Of a DNA stretch of 64,000 nt, positions 55,770 to 64,000 are shown one piece after another. Position numbers and translations under genes: made by a program. Below the pieces are notes generated by a model. It did no database searches and had not been told where the DNA came from. It was given only the letters and a program-made list of their open reading frames with translations. Location of the stretch: IMG/VR virus record IMGVR_UViG_3300023202_000383, positions 1 to 64,000 of that record; one strand, 5' to 3'. Position 1 is the stretch's first letter. Every line of letters begins with the position of its first letter.

Positions 55770-56615
55770 ATGGGTCCACTGTTATTAATAGATGGTAGAA
55801 ATGCAGCGTACCGCACGCTGTTTGCTGGATTGGGCGACCAAAGATTCGCCAAAAGCGGATACCATATGTTCGTTATATGGATGAGGTTTGCTCACACTTG
55901 GCTCGAGAAGTTCAATCCGCAGTCAATTCATGTGTTTTGGGATTGTCCGGGGCACCATGTATGGCGGAATAAGATATTTAATGAGTATAAAGACGGCAGA
56001 GGATATGATCATCCTGAAGTAAATATTCCGGATGAAATAAATAAGATCTGCAGCACTGCAGATGCTTTATTGAAGTACATGAATCATAGGACCTATATCA
56101 AAGACAATCAAGAAGCGGACGACTTGATTTATTCGTTTTGTCGCGTCACTTATCCGCAGGAATCAATTATAATATCTAGCGATACCGACATGTCTCAGAT
56201 TTCTTGGTGGATGCCAAATGTAAAGTGCTTTGACCCACGAAAGAAAAAGTTTATAGAGCATGATGGATGCAACCCTGCTGTTCAAAAGGCATTGGTTGGC
56301 GACAAATCAGACAATATTGAAGGCTATAGGGGAATAGGTCCAGTTAAAGGTAAGAAGCTCGCTAGCGACCTATGCAAATTATCTAAATTTTTAGACGAAA
56401 ATGGCAGCGGTGCATTTAAGAAGAATTTAAGTCTCATAGACTTGTCGCACAATCCATATAAAGTGTCTAATGACATGTATATTGTAAAACAGCTTAGCGA
56501 AGAACCGATTTTTGATAAGTCTAAAATTATGAGTTCTATTTTAGAGCATAAGGTTAGAGGCCTTCAAGCTGAATACCCTAGAATTGTCAGTCCATTTAAA
56601 CAGGTGACTGCTTAA
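55770..56615 (+). CDS. 5'-3' exonuclease / flap endonuclease (T4 RNase H-like)
   Basis: LIDGRN, VFWD, EADDLI, SSDTDM, LVGDKSDNIEG..GIG. Confidence 0.9.
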   Translation: MGPLLLIDGRNAAYRTLFAGLGDQRFAKSGYHMFVIWMRFAHTWLEKFNPQSIHVFWDCPGHHVWRNKIFNEYKDGRGYDHPEVNIPDEINKICSTADALLKYMNHRTYIKDNQEADDLIYSFCRVTYPQESIIISSDTDMSQISWWMPNVKCFDPRKKKFIEHDGCNPAVQKALVGDKSDNIEGYRGIGPVKGKKLASDLCKLSKFLDENGSGAFKKNLSLIDLSHNPYKVSNDMYIVKQLSEEPIFDKSKIMSSILEHKVRGLQAEYPRIVSPFKQVTA

Positions 56616-57034
56616 TCTTCTTCCTCTGTTATCATGCTGTCTAATTTTGTTGTTGATTCTTTATACGTAAGGTCGCATTTTCTGGACGGTGTCTGTGATG
56701 ACACCCATTCCCAAATATCTTCGTGCTCTTTCATAAGCCAAGTTATAAATGCTATGGGTGCTTTGTGTGGCGATATTTCGAATGAATATTTGTGATGGCT
56801 AGCACACAGCAGGATTCCGTTTTTTACGACATGTCTGTGGGATTTCATTTCCCTTGGTATTAAATGGTGCGCCTGTACATACTCTGTCGCCCCACATATT
56901 GCGCATTTATTATTCCACTTCGCTGCTACTAGTGATCTCCATAATTTGTCGGCTTTATTTCTCCATAATGTACTATTTGGGTTGTCTTTTCGCTTTTGGA
57001 GCTTGCTTTTCTTTTTTCTCTTTTTTCGTGCCAT
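56612..57034 (-). CDS. HNH endonuclease (NinG-like)
   Basis: CAICG...QAHHLIPR...NGILLCASHH. Confidence 0.8.
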   Translation of the reverse strand: MARKKRKKKSKLQKRKDNPNSTLWRNKADKLWRSLVAAKWNNKCAICGATEYVQAHHLIPREMKSHRHVVKNGILLCASHHKYSFEISPHKAPIAFITWLMKEHEDIWEWVSSQTPSRKCDLTYKESTTKLDSMITEEED

Positions 57035-57115
57035 ATAGTAAATTTTGATCAAGTATTATAATTATTAAATACAATATCCTATATAAGCGAAGATACTGTA
57101 AGAGAGGATGTCATT

Positions 57116-57379
57116 ATGGGATGTTGTGGTAAATCAAAGAGCACGAAACCTAAAAAACGCAAAGTAAGAATAAAAACAACGGCTTCTAGTCGCAAAAGAG
57201 CTCAGAAGACCGCTGCTATATCTTCTATATCTAAGAGGAACAATATTATTTCGGATGTATCTAATAAGTGTCCAAAATGCAATAGTAAAGTGGTGGTTGT
57301 TAATCGTATGTTGAACGGTAAGCAGCACAAAATGGTGCAGTGCACGAATATTGGTTGCGGGCATATAGCTAGGAGATGA
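57116..57379 (+). CDS. small basic zinc-ribbon protein
   Basis: MGCCGK start; CPKC...CTNIGC. Confidence 0.6.
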   Translation: MGCCGKSKSTKPKKRKVRIKTTASSRKRAQKTAAISSISKRNNIISDVSNKCPKCNSKVVVVNRMLNGKQHKMVQCTNIGCGHIARR

Positions 57380-57380
57380 C

Positions 57381-57800
57381 GTGGATTTAGATAACCAAGG
57401 CAGAGTAATAATAAGGACAGTATATGATATCAAAGAGGCCATTTCTGAGTTTTTAAAAGAAGATGATGCTACGGAAATGCAAACTGTAATTATGTCTGGC
57501 GGCAAAAAGTACGCTGTCAAGGCTGAGTCTAGCTGTAGTTATAGTCGCATGTTTATTGAAGGATTTGATATATTAAAGAGACGAAAGGAAGCAGCTGAGA
57601 ATATCAAAGTCAAGGATGGGTGTTCTCCTATAATGTTAGAGGGAAGAATGTGGTTGGATGATCTAATAGAACGGAGACTTGGTGGCGTAAGAGATGATCT
57701 TAGGGTTAGATGGGACTTGGATGACGGAACATACTATTACGATCCGTTCGCTAAAAAACTCACAAAGGCTATAGATGATGGAACGTCAAGTATCGACTGA
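57381..57800 (+). CDS. hypothetical protein
   Basis: Operon-packed ORF. Confidence 0.65.
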   Translation: MDLDNQGRVIIRTVYDIKEAISEFLKEDDATEMQTVIMSGGKKYAVKAESSCSYSRMFIEGFDILKRRKEAAENIKVKDGCSPIMLEGRMWLDDLIERRLGGVRDDLRVRWDLDDGTYYYDPFAKKLTKAIDDGTSSID

Positions 57801-58095
57801 ATTAGTTAGATATCTAGATATCAGAAATTATAATCCAGAAGTTGGCGATATAATAATAGAACACGGGTGGTTTAAAAGAACTCGGTGGTTTGGGGTGGTT
57901 AACTATATCACCGAGAATGGTGTGTTGCAGGTAATATGTGAAGGATCTATGAGGTTATTGGTTACAACTACACCAGACGCTGTTGAATCTAAAACCAAGT
58001 TAATCAGGCCTTCAGACATCGTCAATAGCTGGCCAGGAAAATACTCGATCATGCAGTCTGACCCTAAAACAAACACGCCTATATGGTATATCTAG
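57775..58095 (+). CDS. hypothetical protein
   Basis: Operon-packed ORF. Confidence 0.65.
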   Translation: MMERQVSTELVRYLDIRNYNPEVGDIIIEHGWFKRTRWFGVVNYITENGVLQVICEGSMRLLVTTTPDAVESKTKLIRPSDIVNSWPGKYSIMQSDPKTNTPIWYI

Positions 58096-58110
58096 ATCAA
58101 AAGTCATTAG

Positions 58111-59025
58111 ATGCTTCAATGGTCATCAGCAAAATCAGTGGCAACACACGGCGTGGTTACTGGCTGTGATAGAAGAATGGAATGGATGCTGCCGTGGTGG
58201 TACGGCCATTACCAAAAGCATAATAATTATAAAGTGTGTTTTGCTGATTTCGGGATGTCTGGTGAAGCGCAGAAGTGGTGCGAGAGTCGTGGGATTTTGG
58301 TCAATGTCAGACAAAAAGCCAGAAAGACATGGTTCAAAAAGCCTCTTTCTATGCTCAGAACCCCGTTTGACAATATCATATGGGTTGATCTTGATTGTGA
58401 AATAAGGAAGTCGCTGTCTCCGCTAATGGCATACTGTCAGAATGGTGTTGGGGTCACTCTTGATCCGCACAACCCGCATAACAAAGATGAGTCTGGCACA
58501 AAAATAGAAGACGCTGTTGCTACTGGCGTGGTCGCGTCTTATAGATTTAATCAGTTGATTCTTGAATGGGCAAATGCATGTCTAGATGCCAACAAGATGC
58601 GAGGCGACCAAGAAGTATTCAACCAGCTTATAATAAACAATAGGAAGCAAATAAACATAATGCCGCCTGAATATCAGTGGCTGAGGTTAGATGGCGAAAA
58701 TGATGACGCCATAATGATGCATTGGACTGGTTCTAAGGGCAAAATAAAAATCGCAAATGATCTCGGTTTCAGATCCACTCCTAAAGGCAATATAAGTGCT
58801 AGATCAGCTAGGATTAAACAGATTAATTCCAATGGCAGCAAATATGCGAAGCTAGCAAAACGAGCGGCCAGAAGACCTGCACGTTCGGTAGCTAGTCATA
58901 TAGGTAGCAAAGAACCAAAAACTATCAGCAGGAGAGTCGGCACTCCGCTCCAGCCATACTCTAACTCGCTTAAACAAAAAGTTAAAGATAAGTATAATTC
59001 CGGCAGAATCAAACCACCGAGTTGA
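58111..59025 (+). CDS. GT-A glycosyltransferase-like protein with basic C-terminal tail
   Basis: FADFGMS, WVDLDCEI DxD, RGDQE, IMMHWTG. Confidence 0.75.
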   Translation: MLQWSSAKSVATHGVVTGCDRRMEWMLPWWYGHYQKHNNYKVCFADFGMSGEAQKWCESRGILVNVRQKARKTWFKKPLSMLRTPFDNIIWVDLDCEIRKSLSPLMAYCQNGVGVTLDPHNPHNKDESGTKIEDAVATGVVASYRFNQLILEWANACLDANKMRGDQEVFNQLIINNRKQINIMPPEYQWLRLDGENDDAIMMHWTGSKGKIKIANDLGFRSTPKGNISARSARIKQINSNGSKYAKLAKRAARRPARSVASHIGSKEPKTISRRVGTPLQPYSNSLKQKVKDKYNSGRIKPPS

Positions 59026-59668
59026 TATCTTGATACTTAATGAATTTATTCAGGTAGCCGTTCTTAGAACACGATATGATTTCTGTGTTTGGGAATACTG
59101 ATTTATAATTTATCACTGCGTCTTTAAAATATCCTCTAAAGTTATCCATGAATCTTGAAAATTTTTTGGAATTTACTTTATATCTGTTGTGATAGTGAGT
59201 ATCTTTAGAGTCATTTAGATCTATTCCGCATAAATAAATCTTTTTGTATCCGAGTATCAACGCCAATTGCATAGCGCAGTATCCGCTGTTATCTCCGGTT
59301 CTGAAATCATTAAATGATTTGCCTAAACCATCTTTTCTGTTGCTTTTGATCACTTTATCGAACCTATCTAGCATGTTGTATTTTAAGCCTATCTTAGTAT
59401 CTGTTATTGTGCCGTCTATTTCCTTAAGCCTGCCGGTGGCGCAATTGGCGACGAATATTTTAGTTGACTTGCATTGATTAAATAGTAGGTCTTTTTTCTT
59501 TTTGGTCATTCTGTCTACCCAACTATAATCTATTGTCATAAAATAATTGGATGTTCTTATATCAAAGATTGCTTCGTTGGTCGCTATAGTGTCTTTATTG
59601 GTAAATTTCTTAAAGTTGAAGCCCTTTAGACTTGGGCCTCCACCAATTATAAATATCCTATTGTTCAT
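59009..59668 (-). CDS. DUF115/MAF_flag10-like glyco-enzyme
   Basis: IIGGGPSL, IATNEA, NSGYCAMQLA..LGYKKIYLCGID. Confidence 0.75.
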   Translation of the reverse strand: MNNRIFIIGGGPSLKGFNFKKFTNKDTIATNEAIFDIRTSNYFMTIDYSWVDRMTKKKKDLLFNQCKSTKIFVANCATGRLKEIDGTITDTKIGLKYNMLDRFDKVIKSNRKDGLGKSFNDFRTGDNSGYCAMQLALILGYKKIYLCGIDLNDSKDTHYHNRYKVNSKKFSRFMDNFRGYFKDAVINYKSVFPNTEIISCSKNGYLNKFIKYQDINSVV

Positions 59669-59695
59669 AATTCAAAAATACTTTGGAGAAAAATT

Positions 59696-59998
59696 ATGTC
59701 ATTTGAAACAATCCAAATCTTTCGTAAGATTCCGATCGTCAATGGTTTCGTAAGGCCGCATGATGCGTTGGAAAAAGATAGGAATGCTGTTGATGTTGAC
59801 AGTGTTTTGAATTCTGTTCCAGATGCTAATCTTAAAAAGCTTGAGCCACGCACTGGCAATGGTCATAGAGTCGCGGGACTGAAGTTTGGGGCACAAGAAT
59901 TTATAGAGACTCCAGGTGTTCCTATAGTAGATTCCAATGGCAATGTTAATTCTGGCACGATTAGCGATACTTATAGCGACGTAAGAAATCTGTTCTAA
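59696..59998 (+). CDS. hypothetical, possibly structural protein
   Basis: GGAG RBS; followed by a terminator. Confidence 0.7.
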   Translation: MSFETIQIFRKIPIVNGFVRPHDALEKDRNAVDVDSVLNSVPDANLKKLEPRTGNGHRVAGLKFGAQEFIETPGVPIVDSNGNVNSGTISDTYSDVRNLF

Positions 59999-60006
59999 TT
60001 ATATAA

Positions 60007-60042
60007 AAATGCCGCCGTCCAGGGGTCTGAACGGCGGCATTT
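60007..60042. terminator. bidirectional terminator
   Basis: AAATGCCGCCGT / ACGGCGGCATTT between convergent genes. Confidence 0.85.
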
Positions 60043-60071
60043 GCCTGCCTGACCATTAATGGTCTGGTAAC

Positions 60072-60704
60072 TCATTCTCCCGATTGCAGTGCTTGTAATT
60101 CTAGAGCGGAAAGCTCTTCGTGCATCCTATACTGCACTAAATCACGCAGAGCTTCTGTAAATTTCATTCCGCTTTCCCTGCTCTTTTGCATCACCATTGC
60201 CTGCGTTATGCCCAAAGCCCTGGACATTGGTGTGGCACCAGCGAAGTCTAGATTAACGTGTGAGGTCATGTTGTTAGTGGCTCGCACGCCTTTTGTAACA
60301 GCCAAGCCGTATCCAGTTGGCAGGCCTCTGTCTCTTTTCTCCGCCATGGTAAGTCCAAATTTAGAGAAATCGAGAGTTGCGCCGGACATCCTCAATCTGC
60401 GTACTTCTTCAACCGAGGCGTTTCTAGGAACAACCACTTTCCTATCCCCTATTTTGGTTTTCCAATATTTGCGCAGCCTAGTTTTCTCTGTGACTAGGGA
60501 ATCCAGGGCGTTTTGGTGCTTCTGGATGCTTGTTGCAGTTCTCTTTAGTACTTCTTCATATTGATCGTCCCAGGCTTCTTGGCCCAAAACTTTATCAACA
60601 ATGGAAATTGCCCTTTTGGCAGAGTCCTTGTCAACAGCAAATGTTGGCGATGCTATTAGTAGCGCTACTAGCGCCATCAACGGTATTAGGTGCGTCCTCC
60701 TCAT
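60072..60704 (-). CDS. secreted/periplasmic hypothetical protein
   Basis: Sec-type signal MRRTHLIPLMALVALLIASPTFA; AGGAGG RBS. Confidence 0.7.
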   Translation of the reverse strand: MRRTHLIPLMALVALLIASPTFAVDKDSAKRAISIVDKVLGQEAWDDQYEEVLKRTATSIQKHQNALDSLVTEKTRLRKYWKTKIGDRKVVVPRNASVEEVRRLRMSGATLDFSKFGLTMAEKRDRGLPTGYGLAVTKGVRATNNMTSHVNLDFAGATPMSRALGITQAMVMQKSRESGMKFTEALRDLVQYRMHEELSALELQALQSGE

Positions 60705-60805
60705 GGTATCCTCCTGTGCTAAAGAATCTGCACATTAATATATTTGATAGGTAATTTCTATTCAAAAATAATTAGGATTCAACGTTGGACTAAGGAGGTA
60801 TTACT

Positions 60806-61192
60806 ATGGCAAGTCAGCCTGCAAATCAAACAATCAACGTTTTTCGTAGGGTCCGTACGTTTCGTGAGGATCTCCGTCATGAGTCTGTCAAGAACATCAC
60901 TTCTTGGCTGCGTGGTTTAGTATTCTCGGTACCATCCGAGGAAGTAAGAACTGTCAATGGTGATCTGGATACATCTGTAAGCGATCTCAGTGTCTTCGCT
61001 AAGGATGGATTCCCAATTACTGTTGGTGTCCGTGCTGCTAAGGACTTCAGCACTGTTGAAGCCCTCGGTGCCCTTGCTGGTTCGCCAGCTGGTGCACAGG
61101 TCAGGGTCATTGAAATCGGTCACGACAAGTTTGTCGAGCACCGTGAGCAGAACTTGGATCGCGATCTGCACCAAGATCTCCGCGACGCCTGA
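60806..61192 (+). CDS. hypothetical, possibly abundant structural protein
   Basis: AAGGAGG RBS; own terminator. Confidence 0.75.
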   Translation: MASQPANQTINVFRRVRTFREDLRHESVKNITSWLRGLVFSVPSEEVRTVNGDLDTSVSDLSVFAKDGFPITVGVRAAKDFSTVEALGALAGSPAGAQVRVIEIGHDKFVEHREQNLDRDLHQDLRDA

Positions 61193-61228
61193 TCAAAATT
61201 TTCACAACCAATTCCAACCTGAATCCAG

Positions 61229-61255
61229 CAGAGGGCCGCAAGGCCCTCTGTTTTT
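61229..61255 (+). terminator. rho-independent terminator
   Basis: CAGAGGGCC-GCAA-GGCCCTCTG followed by T5. Confidence 0.9.
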
Positions 61256-61300
61256 GTATATGAATTCTATGGATGAGGTCTGATTTAGTCGGGGGCAATT

Positions 61301-61512
61301 TTTGCATTTGCTGACACTGTACATCATTTGTGGCATGGCGAAAGGGCTTTGCGGAAGTATGATGACAGGATAGATACTTTAGATCAGTTTAGGTTCAATC
61401 TTGATTCTGACATTAGAAAAAACGCTCATGGTGCTGGGAGTGGACTGGGCGTAACCCAGAATTGGAAGATGCTGTAGCTGAGTATATGTACCAAAGGAAA
61501 GAAGATGGATAA
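61301..61512 (+). pseudogene. frameshifted C-terminal remnant of a glycosyltransferase-like protein
   Basis: Two frames give HHLWHGERALRKYDDR...FNLDSDI and EWTGRNPELEDAVAEYMYQRKEDG; no start codon. Confidence 0.5.
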
Positions 61513-61565
61513 TGAGTTTAGTTATATGTAATTATCAAATATATAAATGAAACAGGAGAAATAGA

Positions 61566-62144
61566 ATGGTTAGAATACCGTTTACTGCATATATGAAGAT
61601 CATTCCTGATCGTGGCAGTGGTAAGCGATTTGAAGCTTGGCGAAGCTTGCAACAGATCGCACACCTTATCCATAGAGATCTCAATGAGAACCTATCTACA
61701 GCTAATATAGCTGAGCCAGGTGGCAGCGGAGAAAATTGGGGTCTTGCGCCTGGAATAGGTACCGATGATGCCAGCGAGGAAGCGGCACGCGGCAGCATGT
61801 CTAAGCTCATAGAAATAGTTGCGGTTAAGCCATCTTTTGGCGATCAGCCAGATATGGTAACTATTGTTGGGTTTAATAATGTTGCAGATTCTGCAGCTAA
61901 TAGGGCGAAGCCATACCCAGAGAAAACTATCATACATGCTGGTGAAACCGTATCGGGTCACGCTGCGGGAGCACCTGGGTGGAGAAGAGATAATTCTCTG
62001 AATCCTACGGCTAATACTGATAGCCTTGTGAAGACTTTTAAGTCTGATCTTGAAGCCGCTATTACTAATGTTAGTGCTGAGACTATTAAAATGAACTATT
62101 CTGGTATCCTTTATGGTAGAGGCGGGCATAACTTCCCGGTTTAA
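61566..62144 (+). CDS. hypothetical, possibly structural protein
   Basis: AGGAG RBS; CAAATATA motif upstream. Confidence 0.7.
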   Translation: MVRIPFTAYMKIIPDRGSGKRFEAWRSLQQIAHLIHRDLNENLSTANIAEPGGSGENWGLAPGIGTDDASEEAARGSMSKLIEIVAVKPSFGDQPDMVTIVGFNNVADSAANRAKPYPEKTIIHAGETVSGHAAGAPGWRRDNSLNPTANTDSLVKTFKSDLEAAITNVSAETIKMNYSGILYGRGGHNFPV

Positions 62145-62145
62145 T

Positions 62146-62424
62146 ATGCGACGATATACTCCACAAGACATTGTTAACTTGATTGAAGAGGATTTGGGGA
62201 AATCTTCAACTCCTAATTATTTCCGAATAGTTCAAGACTATTTAAGCAGGAGAGTCAAAGAGCTTCAGGAGGAAGGTGAGGATAATCCTTATCCTTATGC
62301 ATTGGGCGAAGCGGGTGCACATATGTCAAATCTGCTCTATGCTTTGGATCGCATAAAGATCTATGTGGATGACGAGCATGTTATTGACATAATCGATCAG
62401 GCGATCGAAAAGTACACTAAATAA
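62146..62424 (+). CDS. hypothetical protein
   Basis: ATG at 62146 just after the upstream stop. Confidence 0.6.
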   Translation: MRRYTPQDIVNLIEEDLGKSSTPNYFRIVQDYLSRRVKELQEEGEDNPYPYALGEAGAHMSNLLYALDRIKIYVDDEHVIDIIDQAIEKYTK

Positions 62425-62437
62425 GTTATAATTTAGA

Positions 62438-63324
62438 ATGAGATTGGGCTATTTATATTCTGTGACTCTCATGGAAGCCGACCTCATGGTCGGATTTGGT
62501 CCACAAATCCAAAAAACATCCAAAGAACTAGGATTGCTCCAGAAGAGTTAGCTGGGTTTATTCAATCAATAAAAGATGAAACAAAAGTATATATCCCATG
62601 GCTTATCAAACAGATTTCTCCATCAAAAGCGGGCAGTCAAAGATTGCGTCTTCCAGAAGACATACCAAGAATAATCAATGTCTTGCGGTCATTTAATAAA
62701 TTAAAGACCAAACTGCCACATAAAGACATCAATAAATACACTTTTAGAGATTTAGAAGCGCAAGTAGATAAATTGAGCGGTACCGCTATAAAATCTAAAC
62801 GCCAAAAAGCGAAAGATATAAAAGCTGAAGGAGTAGAGGATTACAGGGAAAATGCTTCATGGAAGATAATTAAAGTGACTACCGCTAAAGCAGCTTGTAT
62901 TTTGTCTAAGAACACTAAGTGGTGCACAAGCGATGAAGGTGTAGCGGCAGGATATCTCCCGCTATATATCGTGTTTAAGAAAAGTGGCAGCAAGTTGATC
63001 AAAGTTGCACAGTATGATGCTGATTTTGATCAGGTTATGGATGTAAAAGATAATCCGATAGATCAAGTACCAAAATCATTGGCTGAATTGATGAAACCTC
63101 AATCGCCTAGTCCTGAACAAGCATATCGCTATGCTAAAGATGTCATCAAGGGAAGATGGCCCGATGGAGAAGAAACGATAAAGAAAGATCCTAAATGGGC
63201 TTATCACTATGCTCTCGATGTCATCAAGGGAAGATGGCCTGAGGCTGAGGAAACGATAAAGAATGATCCTGAATGGGCTTATCACTATGCTCTCGATGTC
63301 ATCAAGGGAAGATGGCCTGAGTGA
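62438..63324 (+). pseudogene. KDIN/WC-motif protein with 24-aa AYxYAxDVIKGRWPE repeats; apparent 1-nt frameshift near 62533 and abrupt end
   Basis: ATG 62438 frame stops at 62551; the other frame carries YIPWLIKQ, KDINKY, KWCTS and the 72-bp repeats. Confidence 0.55.
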
Positions 63325-63348
63325 CAACATTAAGTTTTATGAAGTAGA

Positions 63349-64000
63349 TTACTTACTCCAGATAAATTTGAAATGGCCAGCGTCCCATAATCTGCGATAT
63401 CTATTATTGAACATATTTTCAGATTCAGTAAGAGACGGATCGAAATTATCTAATTTGTCCAATAATTTATGTTTTTGAAATTGATGTCTATTAAAGACCA
63501 TATTGTCTTTGACATAACAATATCCAGGCTGTGTTATTGAATCAAGTTTGAATCCCAGTGCTTTATATAAATTTCCAGCAGAGAATCTTCTGTCGCAGTA
63601 TGTCATTATTGTTTTTGGGCCATGCGATCTGGTAAAATGTCTAAGCAATTTACTTGCGCCGCCAATAACGTTGTTGTTTATTTTGTTGGCAAATCTTGAT
63701 ACTTCCCATTCGTATTTTTTGTGTTTGTTGAATCCCATACAACAAACGATTTCATTATCATATGTAAGAGCATATTTAACCCTTGAATTTATATGTCCTT
63801 GCATATGGTTGGTGCTCATAAAATCACTGAAGTTGTTATTGTCGAGTTCTACAATGTCACATTTTCTGGCATATATCTTGTTACTCAACCCCATCTTGTT
63901 TTTTATTATCGACTTGATTATGTCAGTTTTGTCTTTCCATTCGTTCTCATAGATTTGATATACTAGATAGTTATTGCTAAGAGCTAGATCCGCTTTATAA
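63349..64000 (-). CDS. Hef-like endonuclease with Mom/GNAT-like domain, 5' part outside the window
   Basis: Frame is open to the window edge; IYARKC, GGASKLL, TYCDRRFS.G.LY, ENMFNNRYRRLWDAG; paralog of 33699..35327. Confidence 0.8.
   Translation of the reverse strand, partial: YKADLALSNNYLVYQIYENEWKDKTDIIKSIIKNKMGLSNKIYARKCDIVELDNNNFSDFMSTNHMQGHINSRVKYALTYDNEIVCCMGFNKHKKYEWEVSRFANKINNNVIGGASKLLRHFTRSHGPKTIMTYCDRRFSAGNLYKALGFKLDSITQPGYCYVKDNMVFNRHQFQKHKLLDKLDNFDPSLTESENMFNNRYRRLWDAGHFKFIWSK

Noticed and set aside
63160-63324. Diversity-generating retroelement template/variable repeat
   Set aside because: The 72-bp repeats are adjacent in-frame protein repeats, differences are not confined to adenines, and no reverse transcriptase is in the window
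1-64000. Stop-codon reassignment (as in some large phages)
   Set aside because: Long conserved genes are intact in code 11, and TAG, TGA and TAA all end genes at sensible positions; the breaks in dnaE and dnaB are explained by intein motifs and new RBS-led starts
1-64000. Borg-like archaeal element, suggested by the tandem repeats
   Set aside because: Core genes are bacterial or phage type (DnaE, RecA, DnaB/gp41, GroES, sigma-like proteins, lipobox, Shine-Dalgarno sites)

Overview
AT-rich, densely coding segment of what looks like a large dsDNA (jumbo-type) phage genome in genetic code 11. No tRNA, rRNA or CRISPR was found. It carries a T4-like replication and recombination set: gp46/gp47-like SbcCD, DinG-like helicase, RecA with a LAGLIDADG intein, DnaB/gp41 helicase, UvsY-like mediator, gp32-like SSB, 5'-3' exonuclease, UDG, a GroES co-chaperonin and a minimal PolA. 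Main highlights: (1) a PurZ-type (2-aminoadenine, Z-base) synthetase with the diagnostic substitutions, in a genome whose replicase is a DnaE; (2) dnaE broken into three genes, with one intein-less split through the palm and one split intein; (3) DnaB carrying an atypical, apparently nested split intein; (4) three Vsr/EDxHD-nuclease-plus-Mom/GNAT fusion genes and one decayed copy; (5) an 8-bp repeat array and a hairpin-rich non-coding stretch upstream of an actin-like ATPase; (6) a sharply bounded GC-rich fibre-gene island; (7) many glycosyl- and sulfotransferases. All product calls come from motif recognition by eye, and no database search was run.
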